Shown: positions 1 to 9,552 of the stretch, one piece after another | Layout of the letters: the number at the start of each line of letters is the position of its first letter | Numbering within the stretch: the stretch's first letter is position 1 | From: Methanobacteriota archaeon | GTDB lineage: Archaea; Thermoplasmatota; Thermoplasmata; SG8-5; JAGLSY01 | DNA length: 64,000 nucleotides | Assembly (NCBI GenBank): GCA_020697715.1 | Contig: JAEHCO010000003.1 | Coordinates: 105,908 to 169,907 of the forward strand | Direction: 5' to 3' | Made by a program: the position numbers and the translations under genes | The notes under the pieces: generated by a model | What the model was told of the DNA's origin: nothing | Seen by the model: only the letters and a program-made list of their open reading frames with translations | Database searches by the model: none

Positions 1-1933
1 CCGATGCTTGCTGAACCGCAGTGTTACCATCGATTATCTTCACACTACTAAATCCATCTGATGAGTTAGAATAATGGATATCATATATTGGATTGCCCGC
101 ACTTCCTCCAGTCTCTTTTTGCCAGGAAATATGGACTATTCCCGTACTCTTATCGACATCCAGTGCGGGATTGTTCTCCACCTTGCTTGTGATAGAGATG
201 CCGATATCTTTAGAAAAGCTAGCCCCTTTGTCTGTTGAGTTTGCGTAATAAACCCCCTCATTGGTTGTTCTATCATCACTCCAAGCCACATAAGTGATAT
301 TGTTGCTATCCATTGCGGAATCTGGTGAATTCTTCAATCCTTCAAGTGTGTCTGAGACCACAATAGGATCACTGAATGTCTGGCCACCATCTTCAGAGAA
401 AACAGAGAATACCTGACTCTCTATAAATCCCTTCATAACGGAATTCCCTCCTCCTGTGGCTATCTGTCCATTTGTTTGTGACCAATCCAGTGCATACACA
501 CTGTTCCTGTGACTGCTGAGATTGACGATATCTATTCCTGTATCTGTATCCCATATTTTTGAATCTGGGTCAGATGCAGCTGATGCCAATTGATCAGTCA
601 CTTCATTCCAATGTAGATCATTCACACTGCCTTCATGACCACTTAGCCAGTATTGATCCATGTGATTGGTATGGTTGAATACCAATATCGAATTATTTGT
701 AAGTCCCGCAGCGATGAAGGCATCATCTGGTGACCAGGCTACTGAGCTGACTTTTTCTCCGATATTGATCTCATCCACCAAACTGCCATTCGTGGTGTCC
801 CATATCTTCACATTGGTGGCAGCAGTAGCCGCAAGATCTCCAGCATGACTGAATTTGACATCCATAACCGAGCCACTATCTCCGCCTCCTGATTTCTCAT
901 TCACGGTGAAGGCACTCCAATCACTGGTGTTCCAGATAGTGATATTAAAGTATTCGCCAGGTAATCCAAAGAAAGAAGTGGCTTTTTCTTTACCATTATA
1001 AGCAACTGCTATCTGCCCCATGTCATCGGAAACATCCACTGCATTTGCAGGATTATCCAATAACATGCCTCCAACTACATTAAGATCATTCAACTCAGCT
1101 AGGCTGACTGGATCCCATATCTTCACGGATCCATCCCATGAACTGCTGACAAATTTGGAACCATCACTGTACCATGCTATGTCTGTTACTTTTTCACTGT
1201 GTTGACTGATGGTATTTGATTCTGCCCAGGTGGCAGTATCCCAGACCTTCACTGTGTGATCCTCGGAGCCAGATATCAATTTTGTTCCATCCGGGGAATA
1301 ATCCAGTCCTCTTACTGCCCCAGTATGGCCATCCAGGGCATTTATAAGGTCTCCACTTGCAGCATCCCATATTCGTATGGAATTATCTGTTCCTGTATCC
1401 ACCCAGGTAACTGCCACATTCTCACCATTGGCAGCCACTGTCGGCCAGCTTTGAATGGAATTGTTCATGTCCGCAACTTCCTGTGGATCATCAAAGGTCT
1501 TTCCACCATCCCTCGATCTGCTTATGAGCACATGACCTGCTTCATTCGAGTCCTGCCAGACGATATACACATCCTCCCCGCCTCCATTTGTTATGGCGGG
1601 CATTATCTGATTTCCATTTGTGTTCAGATTGACGATCTTATCCTTTGTGAAGCTGGTACCATTGTTGGAGCTATAGGAAACGTATATGTCTTTGTTACCG
1701 CCTCTTTCTTCTCCCCAGGTGGTCACGATCCTTCCGGAATCAAGGACTGTGACGCCGATATTTGTTTTCAAGCCAGTGTAACTCTCATCATTCACCAATA
1801 TGTTATCGGCTAGATCAATGGCATCAACCGTAGTATACGCATTCATTATCAAGCTGGATAACATGGTCGTTATCAGCAATATCGTTATAAATAGGGTGAA
1901 TTTTTTTTTCAAGCAGACCACCTTTATAGGCAT
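1..1933 (-). CDS. Secreted or membrane-anchored hybrid WD40-repeat and BNR/Asp-box repeat protein. The N-terminus is in the window; the C-terminus lies beyond the window start.
   Basis: The minus-strand frame is open from the ATG at 1931-1933 to the window edge. It is absent from the ORF track because there is no stop in the window. The N-terminus MPIKVVCLKKKFTLFITILLITT looks like a signal anchor. It is followed by Asp-box motifs (SRDGGKTF, SEDGGQTF, STDKGASF, SNNGTSF) and canonical WD40 units (GHTGAVRGLDYSPDGTKLISGSEDHTVKVWD). Confidence 0.7.
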   Translation of the reverse strand, partial: MPIKVVCLKKKFTLFITILLITTMLSSLIMNAYTTVDAIDLADNILVNDESYTGLKTNIGVTVLDSGRIVTTWGEERGGNKDIYVSYSSNNGTSFTKDKIVNLNTNGNQIMPAITNGGGEDVYIVWQDSNEAGHVLISRSRDGGKTFDDPQEVADMNNSIQSWPTVAANGENVAVTWVDTGTDNSIRIWDAASGDLINALDGHTGAVRGLDYSPDGTKLISGSEDHTVKVWDTATWAESNTISQHSEKVTDIAWYSDGSKFVSSSWDGSVKIWDPVSLAELNDLNVVGGMLLDNPANAVDVSDDMGQIAVAYNGKEKATSFFGLPGEYFNITIWNTSDWSAFTVNEKSGGGDSGSVMDVKFSHAGDLAATAATNVKIWDTTNGSLVDEINIGEKVSSVAWSPDDAFIAAGLTNNSILVFNHTNHMDQYWLSGHEGSVNDLHWNEVTDQLASAASDPDSKIWDTDTGIDIVNLSSHRNSVYALDWSQTNGQIATGGGNSVMKGFIESQVFSVFSEDGGQTFSDPIVVSDTLEGLKNSPDSAMDSNNITYVAWSDDRTTNEGVYYANSTDKGASFSKDIGISITSKVENNPALDVDKSTGIVHISWQKETGGSAGNPIYDIHYSNSSDGFSSVKIIDGNTAVQQAS

Positions 1934-2072
1934 TGTATTACATATTTTAATATTATAGACTTTCGCTAATTGTATATCGCGTGTGACATATGCGCGATAT
2001 TCGCATGTTTCATATGTGGTTATTGATATGATATTATTACTACAAATATGATATTTTATCCATTTATGAATA

Positions 2073-2549
2073 TCATTTGCTGATCTTGGAGGTTCTATTG
2101 ACGATCTCAAATCCTTTCCTGGTTATCAGCCTATCATTTTCATGCTTCAGTAGTTTCATGGCTTCCTCTTCCCCAGACCATAGATAATCGCTGAATTCTT
2201 TTTCCATATTCAGCGTGGGGTCTCCATCCACCTTCATCAAGAAATAATGAACGCTCTTATTGTAGTTCATATCATCCGGATACCAGAAAAAGGTATATCG
2301 GACGATGCCAACTGGCCTGTCGATATAAGGTTCTTCGATACCGGATTCCTCAGTTACCTCCCTAAGGGCGTTCTCCCTCAGGGTCTCCCCCTCTTCCCGT
2401 TTGCCTTTTGGCAGTACCCAGATCTTCTCCACTTTCCTCTTCATGATGAGAACTTTATTATCCTCATTAAATAGGATCCCACCGGCTGATACTACAAGCT
2501 CCGTGGGTTTATCTGGGTTTGGTGGGCCGGTCATTCTCTGATTTCCCAT
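2073..2549 (-). CDS. NUDIX hydrolase
   Basis: The Nudix box GKREEGETLRENALREVTEESG (GX5EX7REUXEEXGU) is present. Its start codon abuts the rad50 stop. Confidence 0.8.
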   Translation of the reverse strand: MGNQRMTGPPNPDKPTELVVSAGGILFNEDNKVLIMKRKVEKIWVLPKGKREEGETLRENALREVTEESGIEEPYIDRPVGIVRYTFFWYPDDMNYNKSVHYFLMKVDGDPTLNMEKEFSDYLWSGEEEAMKLLKHENDRLITRKGFEIVNRTSKISK

Positions 2550-4636
2550 TAGATCACCTCAGCGGTACTAGAGCCGTCTTCCAATCTCTTCACCACGATG
2601 GCATTCCCGAGCATATCCTTAACATCCTCTACATGGGTTATCAGGAATATCTGTTTAAATCTATTGCTAAGACCTGCCAAAGCCGAGAATATATTGTTCC
2701 TGCGACTAAGGTCTTGGCTGCCGAATATCTCATCCAGGATTATGAAATCCATGCCACCTGATCCCGCTCTCTCGGCAATGACCTGAGATATGGCCAATCT
2801 CAGACATAGATTGGCCAGGTCCTTTTCTCCGCCCGAGAATCTATCTATGGAATGAATATCACTCTCATCGGTCATCGTTATCTCGTAATCCTCATTGAGA
2901 AGTATCTCATTGTATCTTGAATCTGTTAGAAGACTGATAAGCCTGGACGAGGATTGTGACAGTCCAGGTCGTATTCTGGATATCATATGGGTTTTGAACC
3001 CGCCAAGGACCTCATCGAGTTTCAGTAGCAGATCCAGTTCCTTCTTCTTGGCCTTGAATCCCTCTGCAAGGCCATCCAGCTCTTTCAATTCCTTCTCCAG
3101 AGCGGAGGTCCTGACCTCCAAACGCCCAGCCTTTTCCCTGGCCTGGCTGGACTCTCTTTCTATCTTTCTGATCTCGATAGAAAGTTTTTCAACACTTGCC
3201 TTGAGCTTTTCATAACTGGCCTCATCGAATTCCAGTTCTTTCAATTTCTTCTCTGTCTTTGAAAGTTTATCCTGTTTTTCCTCGAGGTCTTTATTGGTAT
3301 CCTCAAGTTTTTTCTTGAGGTCACTGGATCTTTCCATCTTGGCCTTCAGTTTGTCGAATTCTCTTTTCTTCTCATTGAGTATCCTCTCTCTCTTATCCAG
3401 GGCTTTCATTCTCGCATCCAGGCCCATCATCTTCTCCTCGATGGCCTCCGCCTTTTTGCCAGCTTCTTCTTTCTCTTTCAAGAATTTCGCCCTGTGTTTG
3501 CCAAAGGATGTCAGTAGTTTTTCATATGTGGCTCCCAGCTTTCTTTGGCATGTGGGGCACTCACTTTCAGCCCCCAGGCCTTCGATATCTTTGATATTGG
3601 CATCGATCTCTGAAATATCCTTGCCAAGTATCCTGATGCTGGCTTTCAGCTCGCCAGCATTTGCCTTGATCTCATCTCTTTCTTTTCTTGCCATATTCCT
3701 TTTCTCAGAGACACCGTCAAGCTCTTTGTCGATCTTATTGATGGATCCCTTCTGTTTGATGAATTCCTTCTCACTTTCTTTCAGAGCCTTGATCTCCACA
3801 TCCAGCTCCTTGCTCTTTTGCTTAAAGGAGGTGATGGTCGCTTTCAGAGAGGCCTTCTCGCGCAGGGCGATATTAAGAGCCTTAGATTTTTCATCAAGGC
3901 TCTTGACCTTCTTTTTTGTCTCTTTCAACTCTTCATCTTTCTTTTTCAGTATCTTGTCATTATCCTTCTGGATCTTTGCCTCTACCTTATCCCTCGCCCT
4001 GAATTCTTTGAGCTCCAACTGTATGATCTTGATCTTTTCTTTTCCATCATCATCATAGAGTCTTTTTCTGACTTCCTTCAGGCTGGCATCTGCATATCTT
4101 TTGTCTTCCCTCAGGAGTTTGATAGCATCATCAATATCCTGGATGCCCAACATCCGAAGTATCTCCTCCCGCCTTTTGGCCGGCTGCAAGGTCGTCAGTG
4201 CGTTCAATTCCTTTTGTTGAGCAAAGACCGAGATGAAAAAGGCCTTGTGATCCATTCCCAGTATCTTCTCGATGGCCTCCGTGGTCTCCCTGGTACCATT
4301 GGCCAATATCTTGCCATCAGCCAATAAGGTGGCGGACATGGAAAGGGTCTTGCCAGTCATTTTTCTATGGATCCTGTAGGTGGATCTATTAAGTTCGAAT
4401 TCGAGGATCGCCTCACAAGGATCGGAGTGAGCCGCGCCCTGTCTTTTTACTCCTTCTCTATCAGTTCGGACTATGGCTTTCTCATTCCCATAAAGAGCCC
4501 ATGCCACGGCCTCCAGAAGACTGGACTTGCCAGTTCCATTGAGACCGATGACCCCTATCAGGCCATTGGGGAATTCCAGCTCCAGGTTCTTGAAGCGTCT
4601 GTAATTCTTCAGCTGAAGGTAGGCCAATCTCATCAA
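2549..4636 (-). CDS. rad50: Rad50 ATPase (DNA double-strand break repair)
   Basis: N-terminal Walker A GLNGTGKSSLLEAV. Long K/E-rich coiled coil with a central CPTCQRKL zinc hook. C-terminal signature and D-loop ILDEIFGSQD. It sits directly downstream of mre11. Confidence 0.9.
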   Translation of the reverse strand: MMRLAYLQLKNYRRFKNLELEFPNGLIGVIGLNGTGKSSLLEAVAWALYGNEKAIVRTDREGVKRQGAAHSDPCEAILEFELNRSTYRIHRKMTGKTLSMSATLLADGKILANGTRETTEAIEKILGMDHKAFFISVFAQQKELNALTTLQPAKRREEILRMLGIQDIDDAIKLLREDKRYADASLKEVRKRLYDDDGKEKIKIIQLELKEFRARDKVEAKIQKDNDKILKKKDEELKETKKKVKSLDEKSKALNIALREKASLKATITSFKQKSKELDVEIKALKESEKEFIKQKGSINKIDKELDGVSEKRNMARKERDEIKANAGELKASIRILGKDISEIDANIKDIEGLGAESECPTCQRKLGATYEKLLTSFGKHRAKFLKEKEEAGKKAEAIEEKMMGLDARMKALDKRERILNEKKREFDKLKAKMERSSDLKKKLEDTNKDLEEKQDKLSKTEKKLKELEFDEASYEKLKASVEKLSIEIRKIERESSQAREKAGRLEVRTSALEKELKELDGLAEGFKAKKKELDLLLKLDEVLGGFKTHMISRIRPGLSQSSSRLISLLTDSRYNEILLNEDYEITMTDESDIHSIDRFSGGEKDLANLCLRLAISQVIAERAGSGGMDFIILDEIFGSQDLSRRNNIFSALAGLSNRFKQIFLITHVEDVKDMLGNAIVVKRLEDGSSTAEVI

Positions 4637-5751
4637 CTGTCCCCTCCAGCTTTTTCAATATACTCAAGCCCTCGTGTTCTGAGGGCTTCTTTATCAATTC
4701 CTTCCACGGCCTTTTGTTCGATATAGCCAGCAAATTCTTTTTCCAGTGAATCGAACACAGATTCGCCGGATGAAATGGCCTGCTCGCTGGATGTCAGCTC
4801 CGCCTTGATCTCGAAATGCAGGCTTTCCTTCATCCTTTTCTTCAAATTGCCAGTGTCCAGAAGATGATACTCACTGGAACTCACATCGATCAGTTTCAGC
4901 CGGATGATCTTACCATCAGGCTGCACCCTTGCCAGTTTTTTGTCAATGGCTTCCATGATATCCTGTGATTTCAAACCCTGGCATTTGATCGGGCCGATAT
5001 CCTGCATTTCTCTAATGTCGATCGTATGGAACTTCCACTTGCCAGATTCTAGATCCAGCATCACGAAGCCTTTATTCTGGCCGACCTCGCCAAAGCCCAG
5101 TCTTTCGGTCGAGCCTGCATAGACCGCGTTTGCAGTCACCTCGCAATGATCGTGATAATGACCAAGCGCGATGTAGTCAAAGTCCTTGCTCAGATTTCCG
5201 GATTGAGCAAGCTGTTCATTGAACTCGCCTGTTTTGAAAACACTCAGGCCAGCCACACCCGCATGAAGCATCGCGATATTGTGCTTGAACTTCTTGTCTG
5301 GTTTTAGCTTTTTCAACTGTTCGTCAAAAGTATCCTTATCAATGCAATGCGGCAAAGCATGGACCTTCAACTCTCCGAACTTCAAGGTCTCCAGCTGGCT
5401 TCTGTAAACCGGAAATACGGATTCGATATGCTCGAAGAGCCTGAACACGCTCCCCGTTTCTCTAAGGCGGGGAGCCTCATGGTTGCCAGCTATCATCACC
5501 AGTGGTATGCCGACCTCTGATAATCGAAGTATCTCCTCCATAGCGAAAGATATCGCGCGATTGGTCGGCCTCACCGTGTCGAAGAGATCGCCAGAATGAA
5601 GCACCAGGTCTGGTTTTTCCCGGATCGCGAAGTCAATTATTTGGGAAAAGGAATTCTGGATATCCACCTCACGCTGATTGTATCCGTTCTCATCCAGCTT
5701 ATTGTAAGTGCTGTAGCCGATATGGCTGTCGGAGAAATGTAGTATTTTCAT
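4633..5751 (-). CDS. mre11: Mre11 nuclease (calcineurin-like phosphoesterase)
   Basis: MKILHFSDSHIG, GDLFD and GNHE phosphoesterase motifs. Has a 4-nt overlap with rad50. Confidence 0.9.
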   Translation of the reverse strand: MKILHFSDSHIGYSTYNKLDENGYNQREVDIQNSFSQIIDFAIREKPDLVLHSGDLFDTVRPTNRAISFAMEEILRLSEVGIPLVMIAGNHEAPRLRETGSVFRLFEHIESVFPVYRSQLETLKFGELKVHALPHCIDKDTFDEQLKKLKPDKKFKHNIAMLHAGVAGLSVFKTGEFNEQLAQSGNLSKDFDYIALGHYHDHCEVTANAVYAGSTERLGFGEVGQNKGFVMLDLESGKWKFHTIDIREMQDIGPIKCQGLKSQDIMEAIDKKLARVQPDGKIIRLKLIDVSSSEYHLLDTGNLKKRMKESLHFEIKAELTSSEQAISSGESVFDSLEKEFAGYIEQKAVEGIDKEALRTRGLEYIEKAGGDS

Positions 5752-5812
5752 TCTGTCTCCATTTTTCTTATGTCATTCGATTATATAGATCATATCGATC
5801 ATGCCAGTATCC

Positions 5813-7387
5813 TTAGAAAAAGGATGTGTCTACCTTTTTCTTCTCCGGTATATTGACCTTCACGGTCTTGATGTAATCTTCGTAAAGATCTATTTTGAGT
5901 GGTAATGCGAAAGGCGTCTTGGGTGAGACAACCAGTCCCTCGCCGACCATGAGTGTTTGTATCTCATGGTCCAATTTGGAAACATCCTGCCTCGCGGAGC
6001 TGGCCAGCTTTTCCCTGTCCATCTTATCCGCCAGTCCCAGGATGAATAGTGAGTTAAATTGGGATATGACCTGCGAATCGATAAGCTTCGGCTGCTGTGA
6101 AACTGCACAAAGCCCGGTCTTGAACTTTCGGCCTTCTCTCGCTATTTGGCCGAAGATACTTCCCTTCGATCTGTCCAGCACCCGTTGTGCCTCTTCCAGC
6201 ACTATCATGGTGGGCGGCATCTTCTCGAATTCCTTCATCTCTTTGTATATTTTCTTATTCCTGTCGAAAAGAGTGCGCACAAGCACGCTGGATATCAGTA
6301 ATTCCTCACGCTCGCCAGCACCTGACACATCCACCAATACGACCAATCCTTCTCGCAGTTGTTGGATGACCGTGTCTGTCATGGACACGGTGTCATCGAA
6401 TGTTATGAGTGGTGAGCTGGCGATGGATTCAATGCGCCGCTTGACCACGCCTATTGTTCCTTCATGGAATCTGGGCTGATATTGTTCGATAAGCGCCTCG
6501 ATCCCAGTATCATTCAGATATTGAAGCCATTTCCTTCCGTGACGGCCACGTACCGCGCTAAGGAATTCCACCTGCGGTTCGGATAATGAGTAAATATTGC
6601 CAACATCCTGAGGTCCGATCTCACTGGCCGCGATCCTGACATCCGAAACATTTCCCTCCACCTCGCGGGTGACATAGCATCTCAATTTCTGAGTGGCCAG
6701 TGGGTGATCCTTCAATCCTTTGAGCTCGGATTTACCACCATTGATATATTCCCCATGTGGATCAAGTATCAACATTCCCACCTGGCCAGACTCAAGGACC
6801 GAGCCTGCGAATCTCTTCATCAAATTGCTCTTACCCATGCCCGTGGTGGCGAAGACACCCAGATGGTGGCACAATACATCTGTGTGGACCCCGACTGGCA
6901 CGCTGTCGATCGTGCGCTCGCCACTTCGAAGAACTCCGACTGTCATATCACCCAAATAATCCTTGAGGAACTTGTAATCCTCATCCCCGGCATGTCGGAC
7001 CTTGGAGAAGTGGGCGGGAATGGTCTTCGGTTTCTTGAACTTCCCACCATCCAGATATCCCAGGGGTGCGCATACCGCGACATTGAATAATCTTCTTTCC
7101 TCATCATAGATATTGTAATTCTCATCGCGATTGTCCATGTCCATCATATTACCAGCAGCGCGTGATGCCCAATCCGATTCCCTGGCCTCCACGCCGTGCA
7201 TGAGATTGATAACTCGCAGAAGGAAACGGCGGGACGATGCATCGTCCAGTCCGATCAATATCTCTCCGAGGAAGATGTCCTCATCCTTGAAGGATCTGAA
7301 ATGTATCTCCGTAACATCCTTTCCGATAACTCTGCCTAGTCCTGTATTATTGTTTCCTGTCATATCATCTTCCTCCATCCAGTACAT
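5813..7387 (-). CDS. herA: HerA hexameric DNA helicase (FtsK-HerA superfamily)
   Basis: Walker A GMGKSNLMKRF, about 520 aa, located between nurA and mre11. The true start may be the internal MTGNNN at about 7363, which would remove the overlap with nurA. Confidence 0.85.
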   Translation of the reverse strand: MYWMEEDDMTGNNNTGLGRVIGKDVTEIHFRSFKDEDIFLGEILIGLDDASSRRFLLRVINLMHGVEARESDWASRAAGNMMDMDNRDENYNIYDEERRLFNVAVCAPLGYLDGGKFKKPKTIPAHFSKVRHAGDEDYKFLKDYLGDMTVGVLRSGERTIDSVPVGVHTDVLCHHLGVFATTGMGKSNLMKRFAGSVLESGQVGMLILDPHGEYINGGKSELKGLKDHPLATQKLRCYVTREVEGNVSDVRIAASEIGPQDVGNIYSLSEPQVEFLSAVRGRHGRKWLQYLNDTGIEALIEQYQPRFHEGTIGVVKRRIESIASSPLITFDDTVSMTDTVIQQLREGLVVLVDVSGAGEREELLISSVLVRTLFDRNKKIYKEMKEFEKMPPTMIVLEEAQRVLDRSKGSIFGQIAREGRKFKTGLCAVSQQPKLIDSQVISQFNSLFILGLADKMDREKLASSARQDVSKLDHEIQTLMVGEGLVVSPKTPFALPLKIDLYEDYIKTVKVNIPEKKKVDTSFF

Positions 7388-8402
7388 CGTGGAAGTTTTG
7401 GAAGGACAAATGCCATTTCGCCATGTTCATGCCCATTTTCCCGGCCTCGCGCTCCATCAAATGCTTGATATTCTCGACCTCAGTTCGACTGAAAGCCACA
7501 TTGTTATGGGCCTTCGCCAGTGGGTAGGGATATCCGAGATAACCCGGATCATCGCTATATCCGGCCAATTTTGAGAATAGTAGACTGGGATCCACACCTT
7601 CCGGCAAGGATATATCGACTTTGAATACGAACTTCGACCTGCTGGCCAGAGACACTACATAAGGCTCTCCGAAGAGCTTGTCCTGTCCACCCTCGATATC
7701 CAGCTTGAAGTACCAGGGAGATCCTGGGGCAAGTGCTTCCCCCAGGGTTTGGATCATGGGGATAGCTGGCATTCCTCTATATGCCAGCGAACTTCTTTTA
7801 CTGACACCGCAGAGCATTATCTTTCTGGACTTGCAGAGTTCGATCAATCTCTCTAAAAGGACTTCCGAACCTTTGATGCCCGCCCACAGGGAACCATCAA
7901 AGGACAACACGTCTCCCTCCGCCATATTCTCGGCGGATGCCAGTACTTCCTTCCATTCGATGAGGGAGCGTATCCTGCCCACACCTTCCTCGATGGTTCT
8001 GGGTATGTCCTGGGGCTCGTTTCCGATAATCTTTCTGTGATGATCAGAATAAACATCTTCCAGATTGGAAGGTGAGAGTGTGATCAATTTGAGAGATGGA
8101 TTGTTTGTTCGCTCGGATGAGAATTTGCCATCCACGAAGGCCGCCCCGCCAGCTCGGATACCGGATACATTGAACAATGTGTATCCGTCCAGTATGACCG
8201 CGCTGCCGCCATCCACTCCGATGAAAGTGCCTTGATTCTCAGACTTCTGGAACTTGATAAAACTATCTTTGTCAATGTCCCTGAGCCAGAGAGTTCCAGA
8301 TGTCTCGTCCATCACCATCTGATCGTCATTGGGTTCCTCTATCATCGACCTGGTGTGTGTGACAGCCTCTTCTATTTCAGAAAGATCAAGTCCCCTCAAC
8401 AT
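7365..8402 (-). CDS. nurA: NurA 5'-3' nuclease
   Basis: IGVDGGS motif and the expected size. First gene of the co-directional nurA-herA-mre11-rad50 block. Confidence 0.75.
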   Translation of the reverse strand: MLRGLDLSEIEEAVTHTRSMIEEPNDDQMVMDETSGTLWLRDIDKDSFIKFQKSENQGTFIGVDGGSAVILDGYTLFNVSGIRAGGAAFVDGKFSSERTNNPSLKLITLSPSNLEDVYSDHHRKIIGNEPQDIPRTIEEGVGRIRSLIEWKEVLASAENMAEGDVLSFDGSLWAGIKGSEVLLERLIELCKSRKIMLCGVSKRSSLAYRGMPAIPMIQTLGEALAPGSPWYFKLDIEGGQDKLFGEPYVVSLASRSKFVFKVDISLPEGVDPSLLFSKLAGYSDDPGYLGYPYPLAKAHNNVAFSRTEVENIKHLMEREAGKMGMNMAKWHLSFQNFHDVLDGGR

Positions 8403-8481
8403 GCGACCTGAAATCTATCAAACCATACTTAAGGATATAGGGAGGGGGGATAGGTGAAACTATAACAAAGCACCAGGAAGG

Positions 8482-9519
8482 TCACTCAACCTCAACATCC
8501 AGCACGAAATGCCCAACTCCTGGGGAGTAGGATTTGATAAGTCTCTGTTCGATATCCAGCACCTTCCTGCCCTCCAGCTCGGCTGCCTCACGGACCCTGC
8601 TGGCCGGCCTTTCATCGGCCAGCACATTGGGACAAGTCTCGTGGTAATGGATGATACCGCCTTCTGGCTTCAATATCCTCACACTCTTCTGTAGAAATTC
8701 ATGGGTCGTGCCAACATAGCCCATGACCACCCTGTCGGCTATTCCCTCCATCGCATCCAGGCAATTGGAATTGTGGGGTTCGACAATGTCCCCCACATCA
8801 TTCAGCTCGATATTCTTCTTTAGATAATCATGAGATAGTGGATTGAGCTCGTAGGCCAGCACTTCCGATGGCTTGCTGTGGAAGGCCATCGGTAGTGTGA
8901 AATAACCAATGCCCGCGAACATGTCTACAACGATTTCTCCTGAATTACAAACACTGGCCATTCGGATCCTCTCGTCCACATTCCCGCTGGAGAACATGAG
9001 CCGGGAAGCATCGAAATTGTATCGGATGCCATTCTCCAAATGTGTCGTCACGGTGTCATTCCCGTAAAGCAATTTATGAACTGGCTCCCGGAATTGCCCA
9101 GAAATTCCGCCAGTATCCCACAGTACGGCTTTGACATTCAAAATACCAGCATACACTTCGGCAATGTGCTTGCCATACTCCACAATGTCATCGTCCAGTT
9201 TGATAACAAGTACATTGCCCATGAACTCCCATCTTTTCGGTATTTTATCAATGAGATCCTCAGGAATATCAAGATGGGCCAGTATGTCCTTCATCGGGTC
9301 GTAGAAGGTCTCGCGCCCGATGATTTCCGACAACTCACCAACACTGCCCCCAAGCTCTTCAATGAGCTTGGTCTCGTGGTCTGCCAGTTCTCTTGTTATT
9401 GGAATTTCAATAATCCCACCATCGGAAATAATGCGATGATATTTATCAAGGGCACCCAGACTGGTAATTAACAGTCTGGCCTTCTCCGCTTTCTCCTTGT
9501 GTATCCTGATGGCGAGCAT
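8482..9519 (-). CDS. trm5: tRNA (m1G37) methyltransferase Trm5/Taw22 family
   Basis: Class I SAM-methyltransferase motif DMFAGIGYFTLP and an overall Trm5/TYW2-like layout. About 345 aa. Confidence 0.75.
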   Translation of the reverse strand: MLAIRIHKEKAEKARLLITSLGALDKYHRIISDGGIIEIPITRELADHETKLIEELGGSVGELSEIIGRETFYDPMKDILAHLDIPEDLIDKIPKRWEFMGNVLVIKLDDDIVEYGKHIAEVYAGILNVKAVLWDTGGISGQFREPVHKLLYGNDTVTTHLENGIRYNFDASRLMFSSGNVDERIRMASVCNSGEIVVDMFAGIGYFTLPMAFHSKPSEVLAYELNPLSHDYLKKNIELNDVGDIVEPHNSNCLDAMEGIADRVVMGYVGTTHEFLQKSVRILKPEGGIIHYHETCPNVLADERPASRVREAAELEGRKVLDIEQRLIKSYSPGVGHFVLDVEVE

Positions 9520-9552
9520 CTGACATGGAAACCCGGCACAATGGTTTAAACC

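Noticed and set aside
1256-1813. 185-aa plus-strand ORF
   Set aside because: Antisense to the well-supported minus-strand WD40/BNR gene. Cys/Ile-rich nonsense composition.
3294-4058. 254-aa Ser/Leu/Phe-rich plus-strand ORF (and neighbours 2895-3215, 3818-4327)
   Set aside because: Antisense reading of the K/E-rich rad50 coiled coil. Low-complexity artefact.
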